Assembly (NCBI RefSeq): GCF_001194135.2
Contig: NC_069001.1
Coordinates: forward strand, 24,489,352-24,553,351
Origin: Octopus bimaculoides
Lineage: Eukaryota
Length of the DNA: 64,000 nt
Reading direction: 5' to 3'
The notes beneath the pieces are model-generated. The model was not told the origin of the DNA. It did not search any database and was given only the letters and a program-made list of their open reading frames with translations. The translations under genes were made by a program, and so were the position numbers. Positions 24,395 through 36,716 of the stretch are shown here, one piece after another (position 1 is the stretch's first letter; every line of letters begins with the position of its first letter).

Positions 24395-25562
24395 ATCTAG
24401 TTGATATTTAAAAAAAATTATTTTTGGCTTGGATATTGTGTTTTCTTTTTCTTTTATGCACACTGTCCAATTTAGCCTGAACACCCAGGAGAGTCTTAAT
24501 CCCCATTCAAGGAGATTTACTAACTGTAATTATTGTAATGGCATCCTCCTAACCTGTACTTAACGTAGTAATCTCAGTCTAAATTTAAACCGTTAATCAT
24601 CTAAGCTGACCAGATTATCAAACTGGTAACCACACTCCCACTAATATTAGGACATACGAATCAATAAATCGTAAAAAAGTGTAGAGTTTGTGGTAGTTGC
24701 ATGAGGTGGCATCACTTAACGTACATATGATTAAATGAAACCGAGTCCCACTAATTGGCAAAACTGCTTCATCTCTCTTGAATGGCATTGATGTATTCTT
24801 CTTCTACCGATGACGAGAATATTAATAAAATTAACATATACTTTAGTATTTAAATGCATCTTCATAATTACTGGCCATTATCTGGTTAATCTGATTAACA
24901 ATGCATTATCTGATTAGAGGAGTTCAACTTTTGGAAGGAGCTACTTAAAAGGCATAGCATTCATCATTATGCAGGCCATTTGATACGAATTTAAGAATTT
25001 GCCGCTACCTGTGTGCTATCAATACATGTTTATAATTGTAAAATGCTCCCTATTTAGTTCTTCCTCATTGTAATAGCCCCTTTTGTAGCTTTTGAGACAA
25101 TAAAATACAATAAATTCAAATTACGATGAACGTAAACAAACCAACAAACGAAGTTTGCTTTTAGAAGCGTTGAGATGTCTTAGAAAGTTAAAGAAGTGAT
25201 TGTTAAATTCTAAAACGCAGGATAATGCTAATAATATAGCCTGAACAGGATAAGCTACCCCTATTTTTGCAGAAATCACTTCTTTAACTTAATAAAAATA
25301 CAAATTTAACCAAGATCAACTTCACCGTTCATTCCTCTGGGGCCTATAAAATTGTGCACCAATCAAGCACTAAAGTCCATTTTATTGTTTTTCGATGTTT
25401 ACGCCCTTCTGCCTAATGTAGAACCTGTTATTGGTATTTAGTCAGCATTGACAAGTGACAGAAGTGTTTTTGTGTTCACGTGAATTAATTTTGAAAATTA
25501 CCAGGTTATTTCCCTAATCAGCTTAAATTTCTTATTTCAAAATTTATTGTACTCCACATTAG

Positions 25563-25979
25563 GCATGGCTGTGGTTAAGAAACTTGCTTGCCAACCATGT
25601 GGACTCGGGTTCAGTCCCACTGTGTGACACTTTGGACAAGTGCCTTCTATTATAGTCCCTGGTCGACCTAAACCCTTGTGAGTGGCTTTGGTCGACAAAA
25701 ATGAAAGAAGCTTGACGTATACATACACGTTTATATCTTCTTTTATTTTATTCCTTTACTTGTTTCAGTCATTTGACTGGGGCCATACTGGAGCACTGCC
25801 TTTTAGTCGAAGAAATCGATCTCTGGACTTATTCTTTCTAAGCCTGGTAGTTATTCTACGGTCTCTTCCGCCAAACGCTAGTTTACGGGGACGTAAACAC
25901 ACCAACATCGATTATCAAGTGATGGTGGTGGTGGTGGTGGTGGTGGGGGACTTACACAGACTCAACGACACACACATAG

Positions 25980-26026
<47 letters not shown>

Positions 26027-27170
26027 TATATATATACGATGGTCTACCAAATCCACTCACAAGACTTTGGTCGGCCCGAGGCTATAGTAGAAGACGCTTA
26101 GTCACGAGCTCGCGCGCGTGCTTGTGTGTGTGTGAGTGCGTGCGTGCGTGTGCGTGACGTGATCGACCAGACTATCGGATATTGTTATACACCACAGGTC
26201 ACAATGCGCTTCGCATTGTTTCAATCATACGAATGCCTCCACACCACTCTGGCTAGGCCACCAGGCCAACATTTCCCTTTGTAGGAAGACTATTTCGTTG
26301 CAGTGTTACCCACGGAAAGTGAAATGTTTTGCTCAAGAACACAACGCACCGCTCTGTCTGGGAATCGAACCCACAGTCTGGCTATCGTGACTGCAACACT
26401 CTAATCACTAGGCCACGCGCCTTCAGTTGCATGTATGTATGCTTGTGTTCGTCCCCAAACACCATTTGATTACCAGTGTGCGTGTGTTAATGTCCATGTA
26501 ACTTAGTGGTTTTGGCAAAAATAGATCGATAGAATAAGTAATGGGTTAAAAATGTACTGGGATCCATCTGTACAACTGAGTCCTTCAAGGCGGTGACCCA
26601 GCATTGTCGCGGTTCAATGACTGAAACAAGTAAAAGATAAGCGATAAAGAGATTAGTTTGTGTGCGTGAGATAAAAAAAAAAGACTAGGAAAGTGAGAGA
26701 GAGAGAGAGAGGGGGGGAAAGGGAGAGGAAGAAGGAGTAACTATATTTTGAAGGATGCGGAAATATACTCTCTCTCTTTACTCTTTTACTTGTTTCAGTC
26801 ATTTGACTGCGGCCATGCTGGAGCACCGCCTTTAATCGAGCAAATCGACCCCAGGACTTATTCTTTGGAAGCCTAGTACTTATTCTATCGGTCATTTTTG
26901 CCGAACCGCTAAGTTATGGGGATGTAAACACACCAGCATCGGTTGTCAAGCGATGTTGGGGAGACAAACCAAGACACACAAACACACACACATATATATA
27001 TATATACATATATACGACGGGCTTCTTTCAGTTTCCGTCTACCAAATCCACTCACAAGGCTTTGGTCGGCCCAAGGCTATAGTAGAAGACAATTGCCCAA
27101 GGTGCCACGCAGTGGGACTGAACCTGGAACCATGTGGTTCGTAAGCAAGCTACTTACCACACAGCCATAT
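25563..27170. mobile_element. Cluster of SINE family A pieces in both orientations plus another tRNA-headed SINE (about 26160-26425, minus)
   Basis: Repeated family A head/tail motifs; near-consensus copy at 26775-27170 (minus). Confidence 0.75.
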
Positions 27171-28013
27171 CTGCCACTTAAGTTTCAAAATTATATGAAT
27201 ACTAGACTGTTACCCGTCAAATATTTTAGAAGTATTTATGTCACCATGGGTAATATCATGAAATATTAAACTGGCACAGCGACAGTTACAATAACAAGGG
27301 TTCCACTTGATCCGATCAAGGGAACATCCTGCTCGGGAAATTAATGGCTGAGTACTCCACAGACACGCGTCCCCTTAATGTGAGATATAGCGTGACACAG
27401 AATGTGACAAGGCTGACCCTTTGAGATAAAGGTATTGCTCATTTTTATCAGCTGAGTGGACTGAAGCAACGTGAAATAAAATGTTTTGCTCAAGGACAGA
27501 TCGTGCCGTTGGGAATCGAACTCACGACCATATGACCGTGAGCCAAATACCCTAACCACTAAGCTATGTGGCCCTCACGTCTTGAAATATTGCATACAGA
27601 TTTAGGATTTAACTTTTATCAAATCACTTATACAGAATCATGAAACGAATACCAATTTTCGAAAGGTCTGAAATTAAAATTGAATGAGACAAATTCCTTA
27701 CTTGTTTATTTGCAATAAATATATATTAATGATTTTTGTCAACAGCATCACGAAATCTATTCAATCTAAAATTTATCTCTACAAAATTTCATAAAAAGTT
27801 ATGAATTTTTCATAAAATTATAAGAATCCTAACAGGTGGTGGGACACCACTTGTTAAACTGCTGTCTCTCAGTTTGTTTCTATTTTTAAACTCCCTCTCC
27901 TTCTCTATCTGTGTGTATGTGTATCTATCTTTCCATCCATCCATCTATCTATCTATCTATCTATCGATTTGTTTTGTAAGATTGTTGGGCAAAGGATAAC
28001 CAACCCCAAGTCT

Positions 28014-28056
<43 letters not shown>

Positions 28057-28799
28057 TGTACATACATACATACATACATCTATACACATACATATATACA
28101 TATACATACATACATCTATATATATATGCATATATTTGTGCACGTATATAGGTATTTATGCATGTATGTGTGTATGTATGTATCCATGTATACTGAAAGA
28201 GAGAGAGAGAGGGGGAGGGAGGAAGAGAGAAAGCGGGGAGAGATTTGTGAAAATTTACAATTATTTTTATGCCATATTTTCTTCGATGCTACCGTCTTCG
28301 ATTAATTACATGATGCTGTTGAGAAGCGAAAGCAGAAATCTATAATGATAAAGATGTTCAAAATAGCCGACTTTATTTCATTTATGTAGGAGATAAAGTA
28401 TGTGAACACGTGCTGCATCTCTTACACGAACTCTCTCTGTATCACTGTCTTACTCTCTCTCTCTGTCTCCATCTCTGTTTATTCGATGTAAAGCGTGACT
28501 GGAGAAATCAACCAGCCAACAAAGCAACGTTTATATTGACTATTTTAAATGGAGATATGGCGTACCCTGAGGTGAACGATGGAAAATGGCTTCCACACAG
28601 TGGCAAAAATAGACTATCTTGCACCAAGGTGGTTGTCAAAGATACTCCGCCGTTAGAAAATATAAGCAGCAACATGTCTTTCAGACCACAGCCATTAGTC
28701 TTAACTTTTGAGAATATAGTCTGGAACAAGTCATTTCCGAATTAAAGATTGGATGTTCAGTTCCATTTTTACCTAATTTTCTTGATGATATTGGTTCCA

Positions 28800-29640
28800 G
28801 ATTGTGTCACTAAACCAACAATTTTAAGGCTTAAATCGATTACATCGATTCCAGTGTTCATCTGTTGCTTATTTTATCAACCCCGAAAGGATAAAAGGCA
28901 AAGTTGACCTCGGCGAAATTTGAAGTCAGGACGAAATGTTAACAATTCTGTCAGCTCGTCGCCTTAATTCTACTTATAATATTGGTTTCAAATTTTGGTA
29001 CAAAGCCAGCAATTTGGGGAGGGTGTAAATCGATTACATTGACCCCCAGTGTTCAACTGGTACTTTGTTTTATCGACCCCGAAAGGATGAAAGGCAAAGT
29101 CGACTTCGGTGGAAATTGAACTCAGAATGTAAAGTTGGTCGAAATACCGCTAAGCATTTTGTCCGGCATGCTAACAATTCTGCCAGCTTATGGCGTTAAT
29201 TCCGCTTACAATATTAGGTGCGACGAAGGCAGCAAGTTGGCAGAATAGTTAGCTCGCTGGACAAAATATTTAGCAGCCTTTTGTCCGTCATTACGTTCTG
29301 AGTTCAATTTCCATCGAGGTCAGCTTTGCCTTTCATCCTTTCGGGGTCGATAAATTAAGTACCAGTTACGCACTGAGGTCGATGTAATCGACTTAATCCC
29401 TTTGTCCTTGTTTGTCCCCTCTGTGTTTATCCCCTTGTGGGCAATAAAGAAATAAGAATAGTTAGTTCGCTGGACAAAATATTTGGCAGCCTTTCGTCCG
29501 TCATTATGTTCTGAGTTCAATTTCCACCGAGGTCAACTCTGCATTCCATCCTTTCGGGGTCAATAAAATAAGTACCAGCTGAGTATTGGGGGAGATGTAA
29601 TCGACTTACACTCTCTCCCGAACATGACAAAATTCGAAGT
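28800..29640. mobile_element. Cluster of SINE family B copies (two minus, then a head-to-tail dimer on plus)
   Basis: Repeated CCCCGAAAGGATGAAAGGCAAAG / CTTTGCCTTTCATCCTTTCGGGG core. Confidence 0.8.
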
Positions 29641-30477
29641 CACTATTACGTGCTATGTGAGGGTGGTGAATTGGCGGTCTTGTTAGAATATCAGACAATA
29701 ATGCTTTCAGGTATATAGGGAGGTCTCTTTACAATACGAGTTCAAATCTGTGTGAGGTCAACTTTTCGCTTTTGTTTATTCAGAGGTTAATAAATTAAAG
29801 TTCTGGAGTTGCTATTATCGACTATACTGATCCGCTAGAATTTCTGGTCTTGTTCCCCTGTAAGAATTGACTACGAAACGTTAAGTAACTTGGCCACAGA
29901 GACAAGATATTGTTCTTAAGTATATAACACTATTCATTACTCTGTTGTGCTACCCATCACATGCGTACAGATACATCAAACTGTGACTTGAGTCCAAAGA
30001 GATTTTAATTTATGAACCTGATATCTTTGGTGGATGGATGTTTTGATATTGTCTTGGATAAAATATTATCAAACTATCAGTATTATATTTCCTGCTAAAT
30101 AGAATCTTGTGACAACCAGAAAAAGCTTTGAAGAAACCAAATGACTTAGAGAGAGTAAAAGATGACAGCGTGAATATATTTTTACAATCATCGACTACAA
30201 AGAGACATAACAATAGGAACAACAACAAAAACAAAAACAGCCGGTGGAACAGTATCAAAAGTAATAATACAACATGAGCAATAGTTTCTTACATAGGAAA
30301 AGAGATTACTTTTAAAGTGAAGGGAAAGGGTGGTCATGCTTTTCTCATGGATATTGTTGCTTAATGTGAACTGACGTCAACAAGGATATAAATTGGATCA
30401 GTGACGTTTACAATCTAACGAAGTGACAAAGGCTACAACAACAAGCTGATGGCAACGAAGCCTAATGGCTATTGTTG

Positions 30478-30750
30478 TTGCTCTTCTTCTTCTTCTTTTC
30501 CGCTTCCTCCTCCCCTCCCCCTCTTCCCTTCCTCCTCCATCATCCACAACTCCTCTTCATTCTCTTCCTTCCCCTCCTCCATCTTCCTCTTCCTCCTCTT
30601 CGTCCTATTCTCCTTTTCTGCACCCCCTCTTCGTCCTTTTCCCCTTTCCTGCACCTTCTTCTCGTCCTCTTTTGATCTCGTCTTCTCCCTCTCCAACCCC
30701 TCCCACCTCCTCCTCCTCCTCTTCTTTCCCCTCCTTCTATGTTATTATTG

Positions 30751-30788
<38 letters not shown>

Positions 30789-30790
30789 GT
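30478..30790. repeat. CT-rich low-complexity tract followed by (TTA)n
   Basis: Polypyrimidine simple sequence. Confidence 0.9.
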
Positions 30791-31049
30791 CAAGGCAGCA
30801 GAATCGTTAGCGCGTCGAGCATTTCTTTATGTTCGGGGTTCAAATGCCACCAAGGCCAACTCTACATTCCCCCCTTTCCGGGGGTCAATAAAATAAGCAT
30901 ACTTAGCCGAGTACTGGGTTTGATGTAATCGACAAGTCCTCTCCCCTAAAATTTCAGAACTTATGTCTTTAGTAGAAAGAACTGTAATTGTTGCTGTTAT
31001 TGCTGTTATCATACAAATACTATTGCATGCTAATTCAGTTAATTTTGTT

Positions 31050-32520
31050 CATGGGGTTTGGTGACAAGTCTACGCAAATCCTAAGAATCCTTCTTACGAT
31101 TCTTGTAGCATTTCCTGTTGGTCGACAATACATGAATCGAATCCAATATCTTTCAGCCTCTTTCCTAGCAATTTGGGCGAAGTACTTAATGCATCAATCA
31201 CCGTTGTGTTTCATAATCTCTCGCATCTCTCTGCTAAGATCCTGATATTTCTCAATCTTCTCGGTTTCTTTGATATCCACTCTACAATTATACGGGATTG
31301 ATTGCAAAATAAATGATCATACACTGTTCTTTGTGATCCCACGATCATAACTGGTCTCTTTGCTTCGATTGTACGATATGTTTCTATGGAGAAATCTCAT
31401 AAAATCCATTGATTATAAATCACCATGACAGCTTCTGGATTGCGTTCATATCACCTTTCATTCACTTAAAACACAGATTTGGCTAACATATTTCGTGTAT
31501 TTTGCTCTCTGATTGAGATTTATCAATCTTTGTCTCTATCGAATTCGTTCTAATGGCTTGTTCCTGAGCGATTTTAATTAGTGATTCGGTTCCTCGTTTG
31601 AAGTTTCCATCTCTCATTCACAACCAACGTTCTTCATTTCTGAAATCCTCAGTTTGCTGCATGAAGTGGGCATATATTTCTTTCTCTTTTCCAGCTATTT
31701 GTCCTGCCGTTCTTCTTTCTATTCTTGACATTTTTTTTTAATTATTTCAGTGACTTTGATATATCTAGTCACAAATAATAGTCTTTCATCACCATGCAAA
31801 ATATATAGGTTTTCAAACCCAGAATCGTAGCATACATTAGTGTTTTCTGCTTTTAACAAACCTCTGTCACTTTCCCTTCTTAGTAAGTAAAATCTGTAAA
31901 TAGGAATTTTGAGGGTTGACGATGTGTGTTATGCCTTGTGAGCAATTTTCAGGTTCTTTCACCCAATTTCTGTAGCTCTGAATTCGCTCCCTTTAAAAAG
32001 GAGCAGAGTGTGTCAAAAACTGAGATAAACCACAAAATAATCACCTTGACGATACGACTTCTAATTAATTTTGCGAGTTCCGAACCCTTTTTTCGTACAC
32101 TTTGGAGTCTTTGTTCTCTCATTTTCTTTTCCTTTAACTTATCATGCGTCACACCTAAAAAATACTAACATCTTTTTTCATTCGCTTTCAGTAATGTAAT
32201 ACTATCATCTGGTATTTTCCCCCAGTAACTTTAACCCACCCCCTCAAACCCCCAGTTTCATGAATAGTTGACTAAAATTTGCCTTTATTTTTCTCATTTT
32301 TTTCCCTGCTTAATGCCTCTGTTTGAGCTTTCGTTTAATTCCCTGTTTAAACGCTACAATGCATGACGGCGCCATCCCTTTGGTTCCTTGAATTAAGTTT
32401 CTGCTTCGACGCGAGAGATGATCTCTTCAAATATATTATCTCGAACATTTCTCCCTTCATCTCCCTCTGCATAATATCATCGAATTCTCGTATGCGTCGA
32501 TACTCGTATCCATGTCTTTA
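31050..32520 (-). mobile_element. Decayed R4/Dong-like non-LTR retrotransposon (RT C-terminal region to REL endonuclease)
   Basis: HGYEYRRIREFDDIMQREMKGEM...KQKLNSRN; DGNFKRGTESLIKIAQEQAIRTNSIETKIDK; DFSIETYRTIEAKRP. Confidence 0.75.
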
Positions 32521-32833
32521 AGTTCTTAAGTCTGTTCTTTCAGTAAGTTTATTCCATTAAAATATACTTTCATTTCTTCAGGGCAAAATGTTACATTTCG
32601 TTATTCAAACTCTACTTCAATATCACTACCACATGCTTTTACTTTAATTATAAGGAATCAATAATTCCAGTGATAAACGTACATTGCAATATAGATAAAA
32701 ATAACTCTCTCTCTCTCTCATCCATCAGCATTCCATCAACTTCGACGATATGTATGAATCAGTCATATCTCTTACACTAGGCTTACTAGCGACTTCTTAA
32801 GAACGGTTGAGAGTTCTATCAGCGAATATGTGA

Positions 32834-33146
32834 TATCCCATTATTTGGGATGCCACATGTTGCTTCACGTTCGCCAGTGGCAACCTGGTATGTTCGACTA
32901 CCAGCCCCGGCTCCATTCTTCGTCAGACCGAAGAGGGCAAACTGCCAAAGTATCGGTCGCTCTCTGATAGGTTTATGGTCAAGCCTGTGACAATCGAAAT
33001 CTCCAGCGTTCAAGGCTCCTGGACTAAATCTCTGCTCACTGTTTGTTACAGGAAAAAAGATGGCTATACGCGAGTGTGAGCCGGAGTGGCTGTTCCAATG
33101 CATATCTGTCGCCATCTTCCGGGGCAACGCTGGGATCATAATGTAA
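32834..33146 (+). mobile_element. CRE-clade-like non-LTR retrotransposon 3' end (REL endonuclease)
   Basis: IIWDATCCFTFASGNL...EEGKLPKYRSLSDRFMVKPVTIEISSVQG and (frameshift) EWLFQCISVAIFRGNAGII match the WDATCxDT..A...KxxKY...PxAxET.G...QRxSxAxQRGNA pattern. Confidence 0.75.
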
Positions 33147-33723
33147 ACTGACCCTTACCTAATTAATACACTTTAGTCTAATAGATCGAACCACTGACGT
33201 CAAGGCCGCGAACCAGTGTTACAACTTACTCTTTGCTTTGACAGAGGAAGTATCTGCTTCAACTGACTAGAGATTATAGTTTGTCGACATTTAGGCTGAA
33301 AAGCAACGTTGCAACTTGTGGAATTAGAAACCGGAATCCCTTAGACAAACTGAATATTGCAAGACAGTTTGTTAGAGGTTCTGCGCTTCACCACTCTAAA
33401 ACTTATAACTGCTCCTAAAGCACGCAAACAACCACAAACTTGGAGTAGAGAGAATATGTTGATAACATCATAGGCGGTGAGTTGGCAGAATCTTTAGCCC
33501 GCCGGATAAAATGATTAGTGACATGTAGTCCGCTTTTACTTTCTGAGTTCAAATTCCGCCGATGTCTACTTTGCATTTCATCATTTCGGGGTCGATAAAA
33601 ATAAGTAGCAGTGAACACTGGGGTTGCATGTAATTGACTTATCACCTCCCCAAAAGTTGCTGGCCTTGTGCCAAAATTTGAGATCAATGTGTCTTCTATA
33701 TTATTTACATTCGACGGATATTT

Positions 33724-33815
33724 GTCCACATATGGCGTAGTGGTTAAGAGCGCGGGCTACTAACCCCAAAATTCCGAGTTCGATTCCAAGCAGTGACCTG
33801 AACACTAATAATAAT
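33724..33815 (+). mobile_element. Short tRNA-derived SINE/pseudo-tRNA with (TAA)n tail
   Basis: A box TGGCGTAGTGG, B box GAGTTCGATTCC, followed by TAATAATAA; no complete acceptor stem. Confidence 0.65.
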
Positions 33816-33859
33816 AATAATAGTAAATAGAGTGATTGTGCAATTCACCGGAGAGGAGA

Positions 33860-34813
33860 AGGAGTCCATATCACCTCGCCCAGATCAACGAGGGCCCTCT
33901 GACAGAACCCTTCTATTTGCTAAGAGAAGTGTGATAATCTTCGTTGCAAGGCCTCTGACATAGCAGAACAAGTTGATGTCAGTCCCAGAAGAGCTGTCAG
34001 GTACCTTGGTTACTATGGCAGAGCAGCAAGAAGGAAGCCACTTCTTCGACTAGCCAACATCAAACGGAGAAAAGATTGTGCCAGTGAGATGGTGGAGAGG
34101 CTATTAACATTTTGGGACACTGTCATGTTCTCTGATGAGTCCAGATTTGCTATATTTCCTGTCAGCGGTAGTGTCTGGATCTGGAGACTCTGTGATCAAG
34201 AATTTGATGTAGAAAGATTGCAGCCAACAATGAAACACGGTAGCTATTCTGTGATGGTCTGGGGAGCAATCTGGAACACTGGTTGATCAGAGCTGGTGGA
34301 GTGTAAGGGAAACATAAACTCAGGTAAATATGTGTCCATATTGCAGAAAAGACTCCTTCAAATCTTCTCCAGTACTGAAATGATTAAAGAAGACTCTTTA
34401 TTTTTGGAAGATGGGGTTCCTTGTCACATGGCTAAAATGATCCAAAAATTGATGGATGAGAATGGCATTGAAAAGCTTCCATGGCCATGATAGTCACCAG
34501 ATATGAACCCTATAGAACACCTCTGGGACACAAAGGACAGGACACTTCATAAAAAGAACAAGAAAGCATTTTCAAAGCCAGATCTTTTGCGATTACTGCA
34601 TGAAACTGAGCAAGAAATTCCTGAAGAGAATATTCGTAATCTGATCAGTAACATGCTTAATAAGGTCCTTGCATTGAAAAATGCAAAGGGCATGTCCACT
34701 AAATATTAAATATTCACATTATAACAATTAATTTGGATGTATAATTTTAGATTTAAATAACTTTTAATGATTGTAAGTATATCTATTTACTTCTGTAATG
34801 CTTTTGCACATAC
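33860..34813 (+). mobile_element. Tc1-like transposase pseudogene
   Basis: AARRKPLL...[11 protein letters not shown]...[15 protein letters not shown]...FLEDGVPCH...LPWP**SPDMNPIEHLW...STKY*; stops and frameshifts. Confidence 0.92.
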
Positions 34814-34975
34814 ATACATATGTACAAACACGCACACACATGCATATATGGTCACATACATGCACACAGATATGCAGGCACACATGCACACACATATGCA
34901 TATGCCTAGGATTGCGTGCAATCGCGCGTGCGTGTATATAGCTGGAGAATTATTATTCTTGTGGGTGTTATTCTG

Positions 34976-35013
<38 letters not shown>

Positions 35014-35220
35014 AGGGTAAGTATGTATAATGTCATTAATATCCATATTTTGGGTTGCATATTTAAGTATGCAATATGCATTTATGAATATTCATAAACA
35101 AATGGGAATGCGTTCATCATATCAATTGATATATACATACTTGTACATATATACTAATATATATAATGTACAACGGTATATATATACTTATATATATATA
35201 CACACACATATATATGTATG

Positions 35221-35255
<35 letters not shown>

Positions 35256-36716
35256 TATATAGATATTTATACACACACACACACACACGCATATATACAT
35301 GTAAGTACATATTTACAAACATATACATTTATATGCACATAAATTCATACGTATGCATAAATATTACACATATGCACGCAAGTACATACAGAGACTTACA
35401 GTTACATGTGCAGACATGAATGCATACCTACCTACCTATATATATATGTATATATAATTATGTATATGTATTTTATATATATATATAAAATGATGTATAT
35501 TTATTTATACTTATATATTTACACACACATATACATATATATTTATATATATGTACATATACATTTATAAACGTATGTATATATAAATATATATATATGC
35601 ATATATATATATATATATGCATATATANNNNNNNNNNNNNNNNNNNNNNNNNNNNNNNNNNNNNNNNNNNNNNNNNNNNNNNNNNNNNNNNNNNNNNNNN
35701 NNNNNNNNNNNNNNNNNNNNNNNNNNNGTGACTTCCGGGGTTGGGCATGCAATGAATTTCTAGTATTCCTAGTATTTACATATGGGAGATTCTGAATATG
35801 CAGTCACCCCCGTATGACCTAGAATAAGCAGGGAATAAAAAATGGCTCTGAAGAGATGAGCCTGAAATAAGTGTATTGTTTGTATTATTCTCTCTTCGAA
35901 ACGTCAGTACTTTCCCATCCTCACTCTGCCTTAAAAAAGTTTAAAAATCATAAGTGAAATGTAATAAAGATGAAATTGGATTCTGTTAATATTTTTGCAT
36001 ATTCGGAATCTCTGTTAAAGGTAGGAATCCGAAAAAAATAATACTTATACAAAACGGAAAAATAACGTTAGTTAAATTAATTTAAGATTAATTAGCTACT
36101 TCTGAAATAAGAAATATAGCATAGATAATATTTTTGTTTTCAGAACACTCCAAAAATATAATAGTGCAAACAGATGTTTTGGATAAAAAAAANNNNNNNN
36201 NNNNNNNNNNNNNNNNNNNNNNNNNNNNNNNNNNNNNNNNNNNNNNNNNNNNNNNNNNNNNNNNNNNNNNNNNNNNNNNNNNNNNNNNNNNNNNNNNNNN
36301 NNNNNNNNNNNNNNNNNNNNNNNNNNNNNNNNNNNNNNNNNNNNNNNNNNNNNNNNNNNNNNNNNNNNNNNNNNNNNNNNNNNNNNNNNNNNNNNNNNNN
36401 NNNNNNNNNNNNNNNNNNNNNNNNNNNNNNNNNNNNNNNNNNNNNNNNNNNNNNNNNNNNNNNNNNNNNNNNNNNNNNNNNNNNNNNNNNNNNNNNNNNN
36501 NNNNNNNNNNNNNNNNNNNNNNNNNNNNNNNNNNNNNNNNNNNNNNNNNNNNNNNNNNNNNNNNNNNNNNNNNNNNNNNNNNNNNNNNNNNNNNNNNNNN
36601 NNNNNNNNNNNNNNNNNNNNNNNNNNNNNNNNNNNNNNNNNNNNNNNNNNNNNNNNNNNNNNNNNNNNNNNNNNNNNNNNNNNNNNNNNNNNNNNNNNNN
36701 NNNNNNNNNNNNNNNN

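Noticed and set aside
28557-28745. ORF ending ...RPQPLVLTFENIVW..., faintly like an ABCG N-terminus
   Set aside because: Similarity is only a few residues; there is an in-frame stop without a good splice donor and no further exons were found
33724-33815. Possible tRNA gene
   Set aside because: A and B boxes are present, but there is no acceptor stem or clear anticodon arm and a (TAA)n tail follows; treated as a SINE
35845-35908. CUGAAGA...GAAACGUC hammerhead candidate
   Set aside because: Stem I is only 2-3 bp and the stem II helix consumes core G8/A9
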